Shown: positions 58,113 to 64,000 of the stretch, piece by piece
Layout of the letters: the number at the start of each line of letters is the position of its first letter
Position numbering within the stretch: the first letter of the stretch is position 1
NCBI RefSeq assembly: GCF_009914755.1
Contig: NC_060937.1
Reading direction: 5' to 3' (one strand)
Length of the DNA: 64,000 bases
Source: the human T2T-CHM13v2.0 reference genome, Homo sapiens
Made by a program: the position numbers and the translations under genes
Notes under the pieces: model-generated
The model's input: only the letters and a program-made list of their open reading frames with translations
Databases searched by the model: none
Told to the model about the DNA's origin: nothing

Positions 58113-58702
58113 TGAGATGCAAAGCTGGCTGGGCTTCTGGGTTGGGTGGGGACTTGGAGAACTTTTCTGTCTCTCTAAAGGTTTATAAATGCACCAATCA
58201 GCACTCTGTAAAAACGCACCAATCAGCGGTCTGTGTCTAGCTAAAGGTTTGTAAATGCACCAATCGGCACTCTGTAAAAATGCACCAATCAGTGCTCTGT
58301 GTCTAGCTAAAGTTTTGTAAATGCACCAATCAGCACTCTGTAAAAACGGACCAATCCGCATTCTGTAAAGTGGACCAATCGGTGCTCTGTAAAATGGACC
58401 AATCAGCAGGACGTGGGTGGGGCCAAATAAGGGAATTAAAGCTGGCCCCCCAGCCAGCAGAGGCAACCTGCTTGGGTTCCCTTCCATGCTGGGGAAGGAT
58501 TGTTTTTTTGTTGTTCACAATAAATCTTGTTGCTGCTCACTCTTTGGGTCAGCAGTACCTTTACAAGCTGTAACACACCACGAGGGTCTGCAGCTTCATT
58601 CCTGAAGTCAGTGAGAACACCAACCCACCAGAAGGAAGAAACTCTGGACACGCCATCTTTAAGAACTTTAACACTCACTGTGAGGAACCAATTCCAGACA
58701 CA
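58113..58702 (+). mobile_element. ERV9 solo LTR (LTR12F-like)
   Basis: 'tgaga...gggtggggacttggagaacttttctgtc', tandem gcaccaatcagc repeats, end 'ccaattccagacaca'; TSD caat/cagt. Confidence 0.92.
58194..58445 (+). promoter_or_regulatory. LTR12 U3 promoter/enhancer array: 8 CCAAT boxes, GC box, TATA-like element
   Basis: CCAAT at 58194, 58219, 58260, 58285, 58326, 58351, 58375 and 58399; gggtggggcc ~58416; aattaaa ~58434. The motifs are seen directly; activity is not shown. Confidence 0.6.
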
Positions 58703-58894
58703 CAGTGAAACATAATGGGGTAGATATTTACTGATATAGAATTCACATTTTTAAAAGAAAAATTAAAAGATTAAAAACAAGTATGAGAGCACTTTGTAAA
58801 CAAAATAAAACAAAAAGTAGATATTTAGGCTTGTGAAGATTTATGCTAAATTGTTGAACATACAGTCCTATAATTGAAGAAAGAGTGAAGTTCT

Positions 58895-59200
58895 GGCTAG
58901 GCGTGTTGGCTTGCACCTGCAATCCCAGCACTTTGGGAGGCCGAGGTAGGCGGATCACGAGCTAAAGAGATCAAGACCATCTTGGCCAACATGGTGAAAC
59001 CTCGTCTATACTAAAAACAGAAAAATTAGCTGGGCATGGTGGTGCGCACCTGTAGTTCCAGCTACTCAGGAGGCTGAGGCAGGGGAATCGCTTGAACCTG
59101 GGAAGTGGAGGTTGCAGTGAGCCGAGGTTGCAGTGAGCCAAGGTTGCGCCACTGCACTCCAGCGTGGCGACACAGGGAGACTCCATCTCAAAAAAAAAAA
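58895..59200 (+). mobile_element. AluSc-like with internal 16-bp duplication
   Basis: 'ggatcacgagctaaagagatcaagaccatcttggccaacatgg'; degenerate TSD aaagagtgaagttct/aaagactgaatttct. Confidence 0.93.
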
Positions 59201-60475
59201 GACTGAATTTCTGACAAAGGTCTTTGCTGTTTTATTTTCACCTTATTCATTAATGTAAATAAAAACATTAAGAAACAATGTCAGAACTACATCTGCTTAT
59301 CACTTCCAACAATATAATTGCTGCAGATATAAAAGTTTAGCAAAATCAACTCACGTTTTCCAGAAAAATAGATACATGGAATTCACAAAAATGTTTTACA
59401 TACACATTATTTGTATCAGTAAAATGTATGATTTGTAGATGTATATTTCTTGTACTTCATGAACCTCCTTATAAAATGAAAATTCAGGGTCACAAGACGA
59501 AAGATGGAGTCTCAGGCTTAAATCATTTTCTTTTCCTCAATAACTTTAATTGCAATCCTGTTTTTTTTATTTTTTATTTTGTGCCTGCTGTTTATTTTTT
59601 ATATTCAACGCCTCATCACAAAACCAGACACATCCAAAAGTTGTTTGTTTCTGTAATTTCCAATTTATTTTCTACTACCTAAAACATGATAATGCTATAG
59701 TGGAAAGAGACTTCACATAGGTTCTCTTTTGCTTTTCACTGTTTGTTGATGAATGTATTCTAGTTCCCGTCCAAATCAACCTCATACATTGAAAGAATCC
59801 AGGGCCAGTAGCTTGCAGCAAAAATCTTATGTAATGGTCACAATTACTTGTTCTAATCAAACTTAGGTTTTCCTTTTTATCTAGTCAGTAGAAATGTACT
59901 TAATTGCTTCCTGCAGTTTTCTATATATCTTATCACGTAAAGAGGTAATTCTTCTTGTTAGTATATAGTAAATAACAACAACAACAAAAAACCTGACAAC
60001 TGGTTGCTAGTTAATTTTCAGTCTGCTAAACCATTTCATTTTCTATTAGATAATTGACTTCAGAAACTTCAGACATGTTTGAGCCAATTGTAACTCCTTG
60101 GGCTATACTCTAAACATCCTATTAATATAATTTGTATATTTGCTATAATTTATTGTGGCTAATTAATAAATATATCCATATTTTATTCTTCCTTAACACC
60201 TTGCAAGACTACAGTCACAACACTTTGCATTTAATTGGAGCCATATGACTCTTTCTCAATAACTGAATTAGCTGAGTTGTTTATTTCGGTGCATGGAGTA
60301 CAAAGAGGTAAAGACCTAAAACTAAACAATGAGGAACTCTGAATAAGGATTAGCTAATCCTACAAAAGATGACTGAAATTAAGTGGCCAGTTGGGAAAGA
60401 ATCCAGGTGAGCAGTGTGCATCACAACTCTGAGCAACATATGTTTAAACAAGAGCGTTGTCAACAGTGCTAAACA

Positions 60476-63321
60476 CAATTGAACCTTGAGAAACATGGCT
60501 TTGAATTGTGCAGGTCCACTTATGTGTGGATTTTTAAAATAAATATATGGGAAAATTTTTTGGAGATTTTTGACAATTCGAAAACCTCACAGATGAGAGT
60601 TTGCCTAAAAATATTTTAAAAATAAGAATAAGGCATGTTATAAATGCATAAAATGTATGTAGATACTAGTTTATTTTATGACTTACTGGCAGAAAATATA
60701 CAGAAATTTATTATAAAATGTTAAACTTTATCAAAACTTATGCACTCACATACACACTATTCATGGCTGCATTTGTAATTGAGAAAAATGTAGAGAAACA
60801 AAAAAATGAAGTATGAAATTGTAATGGCATAAAATTAATGGTATTACATAACGTACTACTGTGATAATTTCATAGCTACCTCCTGTTTCTACTGCAGTGT
60901 GCTCATGTGTTGCTAGTATCTACCAAAAAGGCCATGTGATGCTAGTTGTCTACACGTGAGCAGTTTGATATTACATAATGTACTACTGTGTTACATTATG
61001 TACCACATATGTTATTAGATAAGGCAGTACTGTGGTAATTTCATAGACATCTCCTATTGCTATTGCGGTGTGCTCATGTGTTGCTAGTATCTACTGAAAT
61101 GCCATGACAACATGCTAGTTGTCTTCATGTGAGCAGTTTGTCTTTCTAGTAATCATATATTGCAGCAAAAAGGGATCTCTCACAGCGCTCATGTATTTTT
61201 CATTGCGCTTAGTGCAATACCATAAACTTTGAATAACACCATGGGACTCATATGAAGAGCCACTAGTGATGCTGGAAGTCCTCCCAAGAAGCAGAAAAAA
61301 GTCATGACATTGCAAGAAAAAACTTGAATTGCTTGATAGGTATCATATATTGAGGTCTGCAGCTGTGGTTGTCTGCCATTTCAAGATAAATAAATCCAGC
61401 ATAGGGACCATTGTAAAAAAAGAAAAGAAAATTTGTGAAGCTGTCACTGCAGCAACACCACCAAGCATGAAAATCTTATGCTTTTTGAAAATATCTTTTC
61501 ATCTCATACTGAAAATGCAGCTTTTATGTGGGTATGGGATTGCTGTAAGAAAGGCATACCTATATACTTTAATACAATTTGAAAAAAAGTGAAGTCCTTT
61601 CATGACAATTTAATGTAAAAGGAAGGTGAAGGATTTAAAGTTGGAGAATTTAATGCCAGCAAAGAATGATTTGATAATTTTAGAAAGAGATTTAGTGTAA
61701 AAGATGTCAGTTAACAAGAGAAACATCTTCTGTTGACCAGGAATCAGCAAAGTCCCCAGACACCGTTAAGAAAATGATTGAGGAGAAAGGATGTCTGCCT
61801 GAACAGATTTTTAGTGCAGATGAATGTGTGCTATTCTGGAATAAAATGGCACAAAGGACATTTATTAGTAAAGAAGAGAAGCAAGCCAGGATTTAAGACA
61901 GAAAGGGATAGGCTAACTCTACTGCTTTGTGCAAATGCAGTCGGCTTTATGATCAGGTTTGACCTTACCTTATAGCTGCTGACCTCTGAGCCTTGAAGGA
62001 GAAAGATAAACATCAGAGGGAAGTCTTTTGGTTTGACAACAAAAAGCCCTGGACAATGAGAATCTTTTTTCTGATTAGTTTCATCAACACTTTATTCCTG
62101 AAGTCAAGAAGTACCTTGCCAGTCAGGGACTTCCATTTAATGTTTTCTGATATTGGACAATGCTCCTGGACACTCAGAACCCCATGAGTTTAACACTGAA
62201 GGTACTGAAGTAGTCTAGTTGCCCCCAAATATAGTATCTCAAATTCAGCCTCTAGATCAGGGACTCATAAGGACCTTTAAAGGCTTATTACGCATGGTAC
62301 TCTATGGAAAGAATCATCAATGACAAAAAGAAGAACCCTGATAGAGAGAACAGCATAATAATCTGTGAAGATTACCCCATTGAAGATGCCATCCTTGTTA
62401 TAGAAAAAGATATGAAAGCCATCAAGCCTGAAACAATAAATTCCTGCTGGAGAAAGCTATGTCCAGAGGTTGTGCATGACTTCATAGGATTTACAATGAG
62501 ATAAGCGAGGAAATCATGAAAGAGATTGTGGCTATGACACACACAAAAAAGAGATGGGGAATGAAGGGTTTCAAGAATGCTGTTAGACACCACAAAAGAG
62601 GAATTAGCAGAAGATGACTTGATGGAGATGAGTGCTTCCAAACCAGTGCCAGACAATGAAAAAGAAGGTTGTAAAAGAAGCAGCAGAAGCAGTGCCAGAA
62701 AACAAATTGATGTTGGACAATCTGGCAGAAGAGTTAAGATTATTTAAGATTGCTTTTGACCTATTTTGGGAATGGACCGTTCTATAATATGGACACTAAA
62801 ACTAAAACAAACGGGAAGAAGGATTGGTGCCATATATAGACATTTTTAGAGAAAAAAAGCAGAAGAGTCAGAAAGAAATCATGATGTATTTCCATAAAAT
62901 TTCTCCAAGTGTGCCCACCCCTCCTACCTCTCCTATCACCTCCTCCATCTCTTCACTTCTACCACCCCTGAAATAGCAAGACTAGTTCCGCCTTTTCCTC
63001 CCCTTTATCATCCTACTCAATGTGAAGACTGTGAAGACACACACCTTCAAAATGATCCACCTCCACTTAATAAATAGTAAATATATTTTCTGTTCGTTAT
63101 GATTTTCTTAGTGATATTTCCTTTTCTCTGACTTACTTTATTTTATATGGTATAAATACATATAACATACAAAATATATGTAAATTGACTATGCTATTGA
63201 TAAGGCTTCTGGTCAACAGTTGGCTATTAGTAATTAAGTTTTGAGGGAGTCAAAAGTTATACACAAATCGTTGACCCTGCAGGGCATCCATACCCCTAAC
63301 CCCTATGCTAAGAGTCCGTTA
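60476..63321 (+). mobile_element. Tigger2 DNA transposon, near full length
   Basis: Left end 'caattgaaccttgagaaacatggctttgaattgtgcaggtccactta', right end 'cccctaacccctatgctaagagtccgtta' followed by TA; internal pogo-like transposase remnants. Confidence 0.9.
61241..62900 (+). pseudogene. Disrupted Tigger2 (pogo/CENP-B family DDE) transposase
   Basis: Fragments PKKQKKVMTLQEK, HFKINKSSIGTIVKKEKKI (HTH), FSADE (~61810), GFKTERDRLTLLLCANAVG, LILDNAPGH (~62145), QPLDQG (~62246), INSCWRKL; many stops and frameshifts; end approximate. Confidence 0.85.
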
Positions 63322-64000
63322 TAATGCTTAGAAATCAAATAAAATAAAGTCTAAAAAACTCCCATTAAGAATGACCAAGGAGTCACTAGGATAGGATTTT
63401 ATACGTTTCTAGGATTCTACCATGTTGCAAACCTTTATTTCCACTGCACTTTGGCTCTTTATCTTGTGCTCTTTTCATCTCTCAGAGTAGAAATGCTTTA
63501 CTCTCATTAAGGGAAGCTATATTTATATTTTGCCCTATCTTTTGACAGTTGATATCCTACATAATCAGATTTTCAATTTTTATTTCAAATTTTATTAAGA
63601 TGTTTTTGAAGACAAAGTTAATACCCTCAGCTGTTAAATTTTTCACCTACAATTATATCTACCATACCCCATAAAAAAATTGAGCTATAAAAGGCATGGC
63701 AGTTTTTCCTACATAACTTAGAAATGTAGGCATAACAAATCAACAATGTATTTGTAACTATGTTCTTCCTAGAACTGTTAGTTCTTAAACAGAGTCAAAA
63801 TGTTCAGATATTAGAAAGTAGTAGAACCAGCGGAAACTATTTTTTTCATATAGATGTCAAAATAACTGACTCACACCTTAGCTCCCCTCAATCTATGGCA
63901 ATTGCCCATTCCATTTCAAAGTGCCTTTGGAAAGTCTACCTCCACAGTGACTGAACTAAATGTCATAATATTTAGAGGCAGAAATTAATTCAATATGATT

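Noticed and set aside
58104-58487. 127-aa ORF with repeated LIGAFLQSADWCIYK
   Set aside because: Antisense translation of the LTR12 CCAAT tandem repeats
61241-62900. Domesticated TIGD-like gene
   Set aside because: Many in-frame stops and frameshifts, transposon ends still present, no promoter CpG island

Overview
This is AT-rich, CpG-poor mammalian DNA, identifiable as primate and probably human from its AluY, L1PA and LTR12 elements. It reads as intergenic or deep intronic. I find no credible protein-coding gene, RNA gene, CpG island or CRISPR array. Every recognisable ORF in the track comes from Alu, L1 ORF2, LTR12, Tigger2 transposase or simple repeats. The window is a layered record of transposon insertions: 10 full-length Alus plus one monomer (most with readable target-site duplications, TSDs), a 5'-inverted twin-primed L1PA, several older L1/L2/MIR fragments, an ERVL 5' LTR with primer-binding site and internal remnant, solo LTRs (MER67-like, LTR33-like, MLT2A, MER61, LTR12F-like), Tigger-family MITEs (MER2, MER8, MER2B-like) and a near full-length Tigger2. 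The most notable structures are a ~1.5 kb almost pure A/T minisatellite with a palindromic 26-bp unit, an LTR12 with 8 CCAAT boxes between inverted Alus, and the inverted L1. I did not find evidence for a previously undescribed biological system. Repeat family names come from recalled consensus sequences and should be confirmed with RepeatMasker/Dfam.
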